From Malacoraja senta (taxonomy: Eukaryota), in contig CM075990.1 in NCBI GenBank assembly GCA_038087875.1, positions 372,001 to 436,000 on the forward strand: 64,000 nucleotides of DNA, read 5' to 3'. This document shows, in pieces, positions 23,876 to 36,733 of this stretch. The position numbers were made by a program, and so were the translations under genes. Positions within the stretch are counted from its first letter, which is position 1, and each line of letters opens with the position of its first letter. The notes beneath the pieces are model-generated. The model was not told the origin of the DNA and ran no database searches. It was given only the letters and a program-made list of their open reading frames with translations.

Positions 23876-26800
23876 TTAAGCAAAATCACCATAACGGACA
23901 GGCGGCCTGACCACCCGCCCGGACCGGGTACGCAGCTCGCCATTTCCCCCCTCTGCAGGAGGAACTTGAGTAGGTGCAGGCGTGGGTGAGAGAACCGGGG
24001 AACCGGGAGGAGAAAGAGAAAGCGGAGACGGAGCAGGGGAAGCAGGAGCAGTAGCGGGAAGACGGGCAGGTGAGGGAGGACTGGCTGGTGGAGGGGCAGG
24101 CAATGTGGCAGACAGTGGGGGGGAAAAGGGGTCTGCAGGCGGCGGCGGTGGCTCGTTAACAAGCCGCAGATGTTGGCGGGACCGGCGGTAAATAGTACCG
24201 TCATGGTCGACTAGATAGGACCGCGGCGAACCAGCAGTACCGACGACGATGGCAAGCCTGGGATGACCGGAGGGGGACTGCATCCGGACGACTTGGCCAG
24301 GGAACAGAGGCGGGAGGGGACGGCAGGACTGGTCGTGGGAGCGCTTTTGGATTTCTTGCTTGAGGGCAATGGGCTCCTGGACAGCAGCGGGCTGGAGAAC
24401 AGAGGGAACGAGGGACCGCTGGGTCACCGGGATCGGAGGTCTCGTAGTGCGAGACATCAGCCGTTGTGCAGGGGAACCCAATGCAGTGTCGCGGCAAATG
24501 TTCCGAAGGTTGAGGAGGACCAGGTAAAAGTCAGAATGGGACAGCCTACAATGTTCCAGCAAGTCCTTAGCACTGCGGATAGCGCGCTCTGCCAAGCCGT
24601 TGCTTTGTGGGTACTCTGGGCTGCTGGTATAGTGTCGGAAGTTCCAGCCGGCAGCGAAAGGCCGAAATTCGGTACTCGAGAACTGGCTGCCGTTGTCCGT
24701 TGTCCGATTGAAGACTTGCCGGGGTGCCAAAGGTTCCGAAGTGTTGGTGCAGCTTCCCGATAACGGCCGAAGAGGTGAGGGAGTGCAGCCGGTCAACCTC
24801 GAACCAGCTGGAGTACGAGTCCACAAGAACCAGGAAGTGCTTGCCACGCCACTCAAAAATGTCAGCGGCGACGGTCATCCAGGGCAGCTCGGGGGCAGGC
24901 TGTTGCAGAAGCGGCTGCCGTTGCTGATGGGGAGCGAGGCTATTGCAGACAGAGCAAGCGGAGACCCTCTCCCGGATGTCTTGGGCCATGCTGGGCCAGT
25001 AGAACAAACTCGGGGCCTGGGATAGGGTGGCCTCGGCCCCAGGATGGCTGCGATGGGCGGTCTGAAAGTATTGGTCACGCAGGGCAGCAGGCACGATGAC
25101 CTTGTGTCCCTTCACGACCACGCCGTCGTGCAGCACGAGTTCGTCACGGACCAGGAAGTAGGGCACGACTCCAGGCGGCAAGGATGAACGACGGTCTGGC
25201 CAGCCCTGCCTGATGACGTCGGCAAGCTGCTGCAGGGCAGGATCCTTGGCAGTGTTGCTGACCAGGGACTGCATCTGCTGGGAAGGCACAATGTTGACAT
25301 TGAGCACCATCAGGTCAGACGATTCATATGGATGGCGATCGGTGGACGTTAGCAGTGCGCGGGACAGCGTGTCGGCCACAAACATGTCCTTGCCCTTGCG
25401 ATATACAATTTTGAACATAAAACGCTGGAGCTGCAACATCATGCGCTGCAAACGGGATGAGGCAACGTGGATCGGCTTGTTGAGGATAGAGACCAGCGGC
25501 TGATGGTCGGTCTCGATCGTGAAGCTGTTTCCCAGAATATAATCCTTGAACTTGGAGCAGGCAAACACGACAGCAAGCAGCTCCTTCTCTGTCTGAGCAT
25601 AGCACTGCTCGGCAGGGGTCATGGTGCTGGAAGCGTAGGAAACAGGCAGCTGCAGGCCATCGTGGAGCTGCAGGCAAGCAGCACCAAGACCGAACTTGGA
25701 GGCGTCGCAAGTAAGAACAATGGGACGCTGCAGATCGAAGAATTGGAGAGTGGGGGTACTGGCCTGCCTGGACTTCAGAATGTCGAAAGCTTTCTGGTGA
25801 TGCGGGAGCCAGGCCCAGGCAGTGTCCTTCTTGATCAACTCCCTCAGGGGCGCGCTCAGCTCGCTGAGGTCGGGGATGAACTTCCCCAGGTAAATAACCA
25901 TGCCCAGGAAACGCTGCAGGCTGGGCACGTCGGTGGGCGAAGACATACCGGAGACCGCGGTCGTCTTCTGCGGGTCAGGCTTCAGCTCCGATGCGGTAAA
26001 GACGTGGCCCACATAGGTGACCTGCGGGACGCGGAAACGGCACTTTTTTGGATTTAGTTTGAGGTTGATTTCACGGGCCCGGTCCAGGACTTGACGGAGG
26101 TGGAGATCGTGCTCAGCAACGTCCTTACCGTAGACCAGGATGTCGTCAACGATGATAGCACACGGCAGACCGGCGAACAGCTGCTCCATCGTCCGCTGGA
26201 AGACCTCGCTGGCAGAGTTGATCCCGAATGGCATGCGGAGGAATCGGAACCTGCCGAAGGGCGTGCTGAAGGTAGTCAGGTAGGAGGACCGCTCGTCCAG
26301 CGGTATCTGCCAGAAGGAGCTCTTGGCATTGAGAACCGAAAAGACAGTGGCCGGGCCAACCTTTGCAGCGACGTCCTCCACTGTTCGCATGAGGTAATGA
26401 GGGCGTCTGATGGCAAGGTTCAGGTCTTTGGGGTTGATGCAAATGCGAATTTCACTTTTGTCCTTTTTCGCAGCAACAACCATGGTGTAGACCCACCGGG
26501 TGGGTTCGCTCACCTCCTTTAGGATGCCCATGGTAACCATGTTGACCAGCGTTGATTCCACCTTGTCCTTCATGGCGAAGGAGACGCGGTGCGGTGGACG
26601 GACCGTAGGTTCAACACTGGGGTCGACAACGATCTTGTAGCTGCAGGGCAGCTTGCCCAGCTTGTCATCAAAATGGTCAGGGTATTCGCGCAGGGGGTCC
26701 ATAAGGGTCCGCACCTGGTGGATATCACGGTGGAAAGAGACCAAGCCGAGGTCCTGGCATGCCCGGGCACCCAACAGGGTGATGTTGTTTGTATCCAGTA

Positions 26801-27927
26801 GATAAAAAGTGAGGGGCCGAGAGGCACGCAGTACCTTGCAGTGCAGGGTAGCCCTCCCCACCGGAACGAGAACGCCTCCCCCGTAGGCATGCAACAGGGA
26901 GTGATCGGGAGTAACTTTCTCAACAGTCCTTATCTTCCTGAAGAGGCCTATTGACATTACATTGGTCACGGCCCCCGTGTCGAGTTTGGCGTTGAAGGTC
27001 GAACCGTTGACAGTAACGTGAACCGAAGGGTCCGTTATCAGTGCAGGTGCATCCAACACTGAAAATATGCTGGTCTCCCCCTGGGAGGAACTTGTATCAG
27101 ACAAAGGGAGTTCATCAGGCTGGAACTGTGAAGCAAACGCGCTAGGTTGTTTAACATTCGGCGTGGAGCAGGAACTGGCTTCCCACGAGGCTGCAGAGAA
27201 ATGGTTCAATTTCCTGCAAAAATTGCACGTTTTTCCCAGTGCAGGGCACACATTAGACTGATGGGAGGTAAAGTTGCAGTTGGGGCACCGCTGTGGGCTG
27301 CTACCCCCGGGTGCAGGGGACCCCTGTTGCCGTTGCGGGCCAGCGTTCCGCCGGCGGCCAGCAACACTGGTAAAGTTAATGTCATGATCAGCAGACGACA
27401 CCGCCGAGGCGACAGCCTCAGCCATGCGGGAGGCGTGCAGAGCATCGGCTAAAGACAGGTCATGCTTCCGCAGAAGTTCAGCCCTTAGTTTTTCATCTTG
27501 AAGACCATACACTAAAATGTCCCGGGTCAGTTGATCGGGGGTCAGCATGTCCAGGCTTCAACGCCTGGCCAGGTGATGCAACGCGGCGATATAGTTATCG
27601 ATTGACTCTCCAGAGATCTGATGCCGGGTGAACATTTTAAAACGCTCTAGAATGCAGTTAGTGGGGATGTCGCACATAGCCCGTAAACTTAGCCATAAGA
27701 CATACCGGGTCCTGAGCATCTTCACCTGCACCATAGACAAACGACTCAGCCCGTTCCAGGGCATCAGGACCAGCCAGGTTGAGAAGCAGAGAAGCCCGTG
27801 TAGCAGGGGTGGCAGCAGGATGGGCGATCGTGGCGTAGTGTTGAAAGTCACGTCTAAAGACACCCCACCGATGGGCAATGTCCGAGTCGAAGACAAGCAT
27901 GTCGGGTTTGCGGCAAGAAGTAGCCAT
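23876..27927 (-). pseudogene. Gypsy gag-pol, frameshifted
   Basis: CCHC-like knuckles, protease LDTGA, RT IIVDD (first catalytic Asp appears as N in VLNAKSS), RNase H TCDAS, integrase HHCC and D-D-E; a 7-bp duplication near 24690 shifts the integrase frame. Confidence 0.93.
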
Positions 27928-28015
27928 GGCATGGGAGGTAAAGAAAATGGGGAAACGGGTCCAAAGTAAAGAAAAAACGATAAACTGGAGGCGCAAAGGT
28001 ACGAAGCTGACACCA

Positions 28016-28220
28016 TGTAAAGAGGCGTCATAACACACTGTGTCTTTACTACTGTTTATTCATGATACACATACTTTACTGCCCTAGCTGTTCGTGGTCT
28101 GTCACCGGAACCAGAGAGAGCGAGCACTGGGTGGGAAGGTTGTAATTATACTAGTGATGTGGGGAGTGGTTAGTAGTGGTGAGGTCACTATGTTAAAGGT
28201 ACATGCACATGTCATCTACA
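28016..28220 (-). repeat. 5' LTR of the Gypsy element
   Basis: Direct repeat of 23590-23794, adjacent to the PBS. Confidence 0.95.
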
Positions 28221-31200
28221 CCTATTTCCTTCGCTCCATAGATGCTGCTGCACCCGCTGAGTTTCTCCAGCATTTTTGTGTACCTTCGATTTTCCAGCAT
28301 CTGCAGTTCCTTCTTAAACACATAGTATACTTATGCCCCTGTCCCACTTAGGAAACCTGAACGGAAACCTCTGGTGACCTTGCGCCCCACCCAAGGGTTC
28401 CATGAGTCGTCAGAGGTTTTGTTCACTCGCCTGGAAAGCCTCGACCGAAGAGTGAGCTGCATCTACCGACCAAAGATCCTACAGATCTTTGCTACCGACC
28501 GCACACACACACACACACACACAAACACATCGCTTAGGTGGGGCCCAGGGACAGCGCAGGAGCGCTGTCAGCGCAATGAAGAGGAAGGTAAACGGCTGCC
28601 ACAGAGTACGGTAAGTCCTTTAGAAAGCGCGGGAGGGGGGGAGAGAAGGGAAGAGAAGGGGAGAGAAGGGGGAGAGAAGGGTGAGTGAAGGGGGAGAGAA
28701 GGGGGAGAGAACGGGAGAGAAGGGGGGAGAAGGGGAGAGAAAGGGGGAGATGGGGGGAGAAGGAGAGGGAAGGGGGGAGAAGGAGTGGAGACAGTTTTAA
28801 GAAGTTTAATAAAGTTAGCGGCATTTTCCCTTCAGGCGGATCTTCTAGGTCCTGAAAACTCCAATGAGCCAATCAAAATTGCCGGTCAGCGAAGGAGATT
28901 GCCTTCGACTACCTATAACTAAACAGCAACCCCACTCCACTGGCTTCGACCAAACGGCAACCTAGTTTTAGTCAAGGCCGGCTTTGATTTTACTTCGGAG
29001 TCACGTGAGTGACTACGTGAAGAACCCGTCCAGCACGCATGCGCGACATTAGCGTTCACGCAGTGCAACAGCGACGACCGGGAGTACAGGCGCTCCCGCT
29101 ACACGTCGGTGAAAACTAAACAGCGGACCATCAGGTAAGTCTTACACTGAGGTCGTAATCAGCAAGCTGTGCTCTGCTCTCTATTCCAGAGGAACTGGGA
29201 ACATGAGCAGCACGGCAAAGGAAGAAAACCGCCCCCCGTTCGACTCCAACAGAACGGGAGTGTTCCATCAGTGGGGGGCGAGAGGCGGCACCTGGACCGT
29301 ATATGCGGCGGTCCACCCTCATCGAGTCCGAGCCGAGCCCAGTACCGCTAGCGCAGCCTGATGAGCGGCAGCGGGCTGGAGGAAACGTTTAAAAAAAAAC
29401 AACAAAAAACCGGCCGGTTATGTCTGACTCCGATGAGGAGGGTCCGCCTTAGAGCGGCAGAGCTAGCCGCCTGAGCCGAATGGAAAGGCTCATGGAGCAA
29501 CTGCTCCAGCGAGACTTGCTTCAGGAGCTAGAGCAGTCTCGCCAGGGGGATCAGGCACTCCCACAGCAGTGCTCTACAATGCACTGGCCATCGCTTTCCC
29601 CTCAAAGCAGGGCAGCGTTGGCGACCAGGGCTGGGCTGGTCAGGAACAGGGGTCATTGGCTGAAGATGTCGGGAGTACGCTTGGGGTACAGGATCAGGAA
29701 GAGCTGCTGGGTGTGGAGATTCGCTACGTGGTTTCACCACGAGCAGGGCGGCCATTGGAGCCAAAACTGGCGGCCAGCATCAACCACCTGTCCCTCAAAC
29801 CCCTACAAGACAGGTACTTAATGAGGCACTAGAGCTGGAAAACTGCAGTTCGCTCAATGTACCGGCTGTTAACAGCCAAATCTGGGGGGGGGGGGACAGA
29901 GTATCCGGAACCAGGAGCTAAAATCCTCAAGCTCCTGACGACAGGGATAATAGCCTATGCTCGTTCCGTGGATGGGGTGGATATGACCACAAACCAGCAA
30001 GACACTCTGGCTCTGCTGTGCTACACCCAATATGAGATAAATAACCTCCGCAAGGAGAGAATAAGACCTGCCCTCAATCCCAGGTTTGCAGGACTGTGTA
30101 AAACACCGGCCTCAGAGCCGCAGATCCTGTTATTTGGAAGGACAAGTGAAAGACCTGGAGGAAGAGTCGAAAGCATTTGGCCTCATGAGGGCAGGCCTCG
30201 GAACGAGCAGACCCACACAAAAAACAGACGGCAGTACCCCACCGCGTCCACCAGTCAAGGTCAAATTTATGTAACTGGTGAAAGCTCGGGGTCCGCATAC
30301 TATCCACGAAAGCCTTTTTAGGCCAGGGCCCAGAGCGGACTCCATGGAAAATGCGCCACCCCTAATCAGCAGTACATCAGCAGTACATCCAGCAGTATAA
30401 CGACGGATGAACAAACGGAAGAAAGGAACACTACCATAACTATGGAGGTAGGTGGGTCTGGTTCCTACCAGCATGTAAATGGGGAACTGTACTAACAGGA
30501 GGTGTCTCATGAATGATAGTTATATACTTAACAGTATTCGGGGATACAAAATAGAGTTCATTCAAGAAAACATGCCACCAGTTCAGCACGTACCCCAAAG
30601 GGTCTTTACCCTCTCAGTCAAAGAGAACTAGAGGCTCAAGCAGAACTGGTGAGGTTACTTACAAAGGGTGTCATTGAGAAATCCAGACATGATCCTTTCG
30701 AATTTGTCTCAAATATATTTACCAAAAGCAAAAAAGATGGTGGATGTCGCATCATCATTGACTTAACCTCACTAAATACCTTTGTTAAGTATGTACATTT
30801 CAAAATGGAAACATTTGTAACTGCTAAACAACTGATTTCCAAAGGATACTTTATGGCAAGCATTGATTTAAAAGATGCCTACTATTCAGTACCCATTCAC
30901 AAGGGTCATCGCAGATACCTGAAAATTTACCTGGATGGGGCAACTATGGCAGTATAAAGTGTTGCCTAATGGGTTGACATCAGCCTTAGACTATTTACCA
31001 AGATATTAAAACCAGCCTTGGCAACATTAACGAAACAAAGACATATTGTCATGGCGTATCTTGATGATATCCTAATAGTTGGCAAAACCATGGAGTTGGC
31101 TAAATCAGCTGTATTAGCTACCAAACAATTGTTTGAAACCCTGGGTTTGTCATACATCCAGATAAATCTAAGTTGACGCCATTCACAACTATGGACTATC

Positions 31201-32436
31201 TGGGATTCACAATTAACTCAATCTACATGTCTGTAACGTTGCCAAAAGGTAAAGCAGCAGAATTGGCACAGATGTGCAACAATTTAATGATAAGCAATCG
31301 ACCAACCATCCGACAAGTGGCAAGAGTAATTGACAAAATGGTAGCAGCATTTTCAGCTACACAATTTGGACTCCTGCACTATCAGCACCTACAAAGGGCA
31401 AAAGTACAGGCGTTGAAACGACATGCAGGTCACTTTAACAGATCCATGAAACTACCCATTGAAGCAATATCAGAGTTACAATGGTGGATATAACACATTT
31501 GGCATAGTTCCAGCCCTATCATCATCAATAACCCAACGTTAACTATACAAACAGATGCCAGTGCTCAAGGCTGGGGAGCAACTAATACCATATCCAGCAC
31601 AGGTGGTAGATGGACTAACCTAGACTCGTCTTTACTACAAACACTGGGCATTAATTATTTGGAAATGTTGGGTGCGTTTTATGGTTTTAAAGCATATTCT
31701 AGGAATATGCACAACTTGCATGTTCATTTACAAATTGATAATATCACGGTGGTGGCCTATATTAACCATATGACCGGAATAAAATCGATATCATGTGACA
31801 ATTGGGTCAACACAATCTGGTAATGGTGGGTCGATAGACATATTTGGCTATCAGCAACTTACCTACCAGGTAAGCTAAATACAGTGCCAGGTCACGCAAA
31901 TTCAATGATAAACACCGAATGGATGTTAAATCCTAGAGCTTTTGCTAAAATTACAAACCAATATGGCACACCAGATATCGATCTCTTTGCATCCAGACTA
32001 AAACACCACGTACCAATGTATGTCCCTTGGGAACCACACCCTGAGGCAGCAGCGATAGATGCATTCGCGCTGAACTGGGGGACTGATTTCTTCTATGCTT
32101 TTTCCCCTTCTGCCTTAATCTGTAGGGTACTACGCAAAATACAGATGGACTCTGCTTCAGGTATTTTGATAGTACCAACTGGCCTACACAGCCATGGTTC
32201 CCAGTGGTCCTCGACATGGTCATCGAAACTCCTATGACCTTTCCCAGTAGCCCAGATCTATTGACGCACCCTGTATCAGGCATAAGTCATCCATGCCATG
32301 GCAAAATTAACCTACTGGGTTGCAGATTATCAAAAGACCACTGCTGGGACTGGGATTGTCTGACAGGACCATCAACATGATGACACCGTATGTCCACCAG
32401 GAAACAATACCTATCGAGCATCAGGAAGTGGGAAAG

Positions 32437-33287
32437 CAGTGGCCAAACCGTTGCTTTGCGGGTACTCCGGGCTGCTGGTGAAATGGCGGAAGTTCCATCT
32501 GGAAGCGAACGCTTTAAACTCGGAGCTCGTGAACTGGCTGCCATTGTCCGACTGCAGGCTTGCCGGGGGGCCAAAAGTGCCAAAATGAGGGTACAACTTA
32601 TCGATGACGGCCGAAGAGGTTATGGAATGCAGCCGGTCGACCACAAACCAGCTGGAGTAGGAGTGAACGAGAACCAGGAAATGTTTGCCCCGCCACTCGA
32701 AAATGTCAGCGGCAAGCGCCATCCAGGGCAGTTCGGGCGCGGGCTGCCGCAGAAGCGGCTGACGCTGCTGGTGGGGGGCGAGGCTGTTGCAGGTGGAACA
32801 CGAGGAGACCCTCTCCCGGATGTATTTGGCCATATCCGGCCAATAGAACTGGCTCCTGGCGAGAGACACGGTGGCTTCGGCCCCAGGATGACCGCGGTGA
32901 GCGACTTGAAAATAGTGGTCGTGCAGCGCCGCGGGCACGACCACCTTGTGACCCTTCACCACCACGCCGTCGTGCAGTACGAGCTCGTCCCGGACCAGGA
33001 AGTAGGGCACGCGACCAGCCGGCAGTGCCGAACGACGGTCAGGCCAATTGGAGGCGTGGGTTCGAATCCCACTTCTGACACCATGTAAAGAGTGTATAAC
33101 GAGGCATCGTTACTTTACTATCTTTATTCATACTGGAGCATTACACATTGCACTAGCTGTACGTGGTCTGTCACAGGAACTAGAGAGCGATCTGTGGGTG
33201 GGGAGGTTGTAGATATACTTGTGATATGGGGAGTGGTTAGTAGGTATGAGGTCACTATGTTAAAGGCACATGCATATCTCATCTACA
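32437..33287 (-). mobile_element. Aberrant Gypsy fragment: single LTR, tRNA-Leu segment and integrase piece
   Basis: LTR 33084-33287 related to 28016-28220; ORF 32411-33010 is an integrase HHCC/core piece; splits the DIRS YR frame KWE|RYC with no 5-bp TSD. Confidence 0.9.
33044..33083 (+). other. 3' portion of mature tRNA-Leu(CAA-like) including CCA (extended primer-binding site, not a tRNA gene)
   Basis: TGGAGGCGTGGGTTCGAATCCCACTTCTGACACCA matches vertebrate tRNA-Leu variable arm, T arm, acceptor strand and CCA. Confidence 0.88.
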
Positions 33288-34826
33288 GATACTGCTCGAC
33301 TACTGGGACAACGTACTCATCTGCAACCATAACCAATGTACTGGAGTTCCTGGGGGGCCTTCACCATAATGAAGGATTGAGCTACAGCGCCATCAATACT
33401 GCCAGACGTGCGCTGTCAGCCTACTTAAAACAGGTGCCAGGACAACAGGCCATAGGGTCTCACCCGCTGGTGATCAAACTCATGAGGAGTATCGTCAACT
33501 CCAACCCTCTTAGACCTAGGTATACACAAATCTGGGATGTCAGTGTGGTCCTGACATACCTAAGGGGATGGTCCCCAGCCAGGTCTCTCACCCTGGAAAA
33601 GCTAACCCTGAAAACGGTCATGCTGATGCCACTAGTCTCAGCACAAAGAGTCCAGTCCCTCCACTTACTGCGACTGGACAACATGGTTATAACACCAGAC
33701 CGGGTCTCATTCACCATTCAGGAGCTGCTAAAGCAGAGCAAGCCAGGAACTTGAGTCCTAGTTATGGATTTCCGGGCATACCCACCTGACCTACGGTTGT
33801 GTGTCATGACTCACTTATTCGCTTACATCAACACAACAAAAGATTCTCGAGGGAGAAAGGAAAAAAAAAAAATAATGATAATAATAAATAAATAAATAAA
33901 AAAGCCTTATGGGTCAGCCACAAGAAACCTCATGGTTGGGTGTCGAGCCAAACCATCTCGAGATGGCTCAAGCAGGTACTGGGAGCTGCTGGAGTAGATA
34001 CTGATGTATATACATCTCACTCCACCAGGGCAGCATCCACATCGGCGGCTAAAAGAATGAACATGGAGAAAACGTTCCAAACGTTCTACCACAAGCCGCT
34101 AGCAGAACCTGTGTTATTTGCAGAAAGAGTTTTTAAAATCTGCAAATATATATAATTTAAGCCCGGGGGAGCATTTTGTCTTTTGTTATTGTTTAATAGA
34201 TACCATTATTGTTTACAAACAGATTATGGTTGATTACGATAACATACTTCCTCCCTTGAATGACTTCGGCAGCGAGTGAAGTATGAACTGTTACACGGTT
34301 TGAAATCACAGAGCTTTAAAATCTTCACGTAGTCACTCACGTGACTCCGAAGTAAAATAGTAAGATTAAACGAGAACTTACCAGTTTGAAGTTTGATCTG
34401 TATTTTATGAGGAGTTACGATGAGGGATTACGTGCCCTCCGCTCCCACCCTCAAATATATAGATCAACAGGTATCTTAGTTCTCCTTTTCTTTACTATGT
34501 TTATTTCAATTATTGTGTTTCCTGTGATTCCACACCGCTGCTTTGAAGAATGTCGCGCATGCGTGCTGGACGGGTTCTTCACGTAATCCCTCATCGTAAC
34601 TCCTCATAAAATACAGATCAAACTTCAAACTGGTAAGTTCTCGTTTAATCTTACTATTTTGTTGAAATAATCGAAGGAACATAGAAGAAGCCTCGACCAC
34701 GCGGAAACCACTTTCGACCATTAGGGAGAGTGACCAAAACCTCCGGGAACCTCATGGAAACATTGGGTGGGGCGCAAGGTCACCAGAGGTTTCCGTTCAG
34801 GTTTCCTAAGTGGGACAGGGGCATAA

Positions 34827-36733
34827 CAGGAAACCCATCTAAATGACAAAGAACACGAAAAACTTAAAGGAATGGGTTTGACTAACCTCTTTTTCTCCTC
34901 ATATATATCGGGAAGTAGGAGAGGAGTCGCTACTCTCATCTCAAGCAAGTTACATTTTGAGAAAGTATTTGAAATGAGTGATAAGGAGGGTAGATTTATT
35001 TTAGAAAAGGGGAATATAGATGGGAATCAAGTTACGTTGCTGAATGTATATGCACCTCCTGGAAGTGATTTTAATTTCTTCCAGAGAATTATTAATATCA
35101 TGATAATGAAACGGAATGCTTTATTATTTGTGGGGGAGACCTAAATATACATTTACAACCAGAGCTAGACTCGTCCAGTAAAAAAACTCATGATACAAAG
35201 TTTACATAAGAAAGTCAAAACTCTTTTTAAAGAGGTCGGTTTAATTGATATATGGCGGGACCTTTTCCTTAATAGAAGGGATTACACCCATTACTCGGCC
35301 CCACACTCTCTGTACACAAGAATAGACTATTTTATAATATTTGGAAAGGATAAAGATGAAATACACACCTGTGGAATTGGAACAATAGACTTAAGTGACC
35401 ATGCACGTATTTACCTATCTATTGATTTAGACCTACGTCCAAAAAATGCTACATGGAAACTGAACTCGAGCCTACTCAATGATCTTAACTTTAAGGAACA
35501 AATTAAAAAGGAGATAAGTCTTTATTTAGAACTCAATGATAACGGAGAGGTCTCTCCCCCTATTTTGTGGGATGATTTGAAGGCTGTTCTAAGAGGAAAA
35601 ATTATAGCAATATCTTCATATAAGAAAAAAATAAGGAATAAAACATTTGATGATTTGCAAAATAAGCTGAAGGAACTAGAAAGGAAACACAAATTGACGT
35701 TAGCGTGGAATACATTGGAGGAAATTAGGAATACTAGGAATGAAATCAACAATCTGGCTGCATAAGAAATCAAGAAAAAGTTAATGTTCCTTAAACAGAG
35801 GCACTATGAAAGTGGTTCTAAATCTATGAGAGTACTGGTGTGGTAACTGAAAAAAAAGATGGCTGAAAATACAGTTCACAGAATCAGAGACCCAAGAACA
35901 AAAATATTGAAAAGTAAATTAAGTGACATTCAGGAAGCCTTTGAAGTATTCTACAGAACTCTGTATTGTGAAGTTCCAGGAGGTAGCCAAACTCAAGTAG
36001 ACACCTTTCTGAATTCCATAGATTTGCCCACCTTAAATGAAGATCAAAACAAGACAATGACTGGAGACATAACAGAGGGTGAATTAAAAATTGCAATTAG
36101 TAGGCTCAAGCTGAGCAAATCACCAGGTTATACGGCAGAATGGTATAAGGAATTTAAAGATGACTTAACACCTCTTATACTCCGTACATTAAACTGGGTT
36201 TAAAAAAAGGCACAAACACCACCGAGCTGGAGGGAGGCAATTATCTCTGCTATACCAACAGGAGGTAAAGATAAAACAGAGTGTGGGTCATTTAGACCAA
36301 TATCAGTTCTTAATGTAGATTATAAATTATTCACTTCTATCATGGCCAAACGGTTAGAACAATTCTTGCCTAAATTAATACCAGACAGGTTTTATTCGGC
36401 AATGTCAAACACAGGACAATATACGACGGACACTAGATATTGTGGACTACAATCAAAAAAATAAAATGGAAGCAATAGTGACAAGTGTGGATGCTGAAAA
36501 GGCATTCGACTCTGTGAACTGGAATTTTCTCTATCGAGTTCTACATAGATTTGGCCTGCATCACACTATTATTAAAACCATACAGGCACTATATAATAAG
36601 CCCACTGCTAGAATTAAAGTTAACCGGTATTTATCAAAGAGTTTTTCTCTACAAAGGGGTTCAAGACAGGGATGTGCGTGGTCACCATTACTCTTTGCAT
36701 TATATTTGGAACCACTAGCTCAATATATAAGAC
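34827..36733 (+). pseudogene. L1 ORF2 middle part (APE remainder, RT N-half)
   Basis: QETHL, NVYAP, RIDY, LSDH, VDAEKAFD, GSRQGCAWSPLLF. Confidence 0.92.

Larger units (their letters stand above)
23590..28220 (-). mobile_element. Ty3/Gypsy LTR retrotransposon (Mag-like), near full length
   Basis: 205-bp TG...CA LTRs, 5-bp TSD CCTAT (23585-23589, 28221-28225), PBS TGGTGTCAG, polypurine tract next to the left LTR, domain order gag-PR-RT-RH-IN. Confidence 0.97.
23552..28321 (+). mobile_element. Short Penelope-like terminal fragment split by the Gypsy element
   Basis: 23552-23589 plus 28221-28321 rejoin to match 53587-53680; 15-bp TSD ATAGTATACTTATGC at 23537-23551 and 28322-28336. Confidence 0.85.
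28987..34660 (+). mobile_element. DIRS1-type tyrosine-recombinase retrotransposon, copy 1 (degenerate)
   Basis: Inverted terminal repeats plus internal complementary region (about 34323-34433); RT (IDLKDAYY, YLDD), RNase H (TDAS), methyltransferase-like (IDLFAS), YR (AQRVQSL, HSTR). Confidence 0.95.
28334..34823. mobile_element. Harbinger-type MITE (about 0.8 kb net) split by DIRS copy 1
   Basis: About 60-bp TIRs TGCCCCTGTCCCACTTAGGAAACCTGAACGGAAACCTCTGGTGACCTTGCGCCCCACCCAA; flanks TTA/TAA; purine-rich tract 28630-28790. Confidence 0.9.

Noticed and set aside
24263..27452. Multiple + strand ORFs of 100-200 aa
   Set aside because: Antisense shadows of the GC-rich Gypsy pol.
33044..33083. Functional tRNA-Leu gene
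   Set aside because: Only the 3' part is present, CCA is encoded and it abuts an LTR, so it is primer-derived.
32390..33754. ORFs of 232 and 220 aa as independent genes
   Set aside because: Chimeras of the DIRS recombinase frame with inserted Gypsy antisense or LTR sequence.
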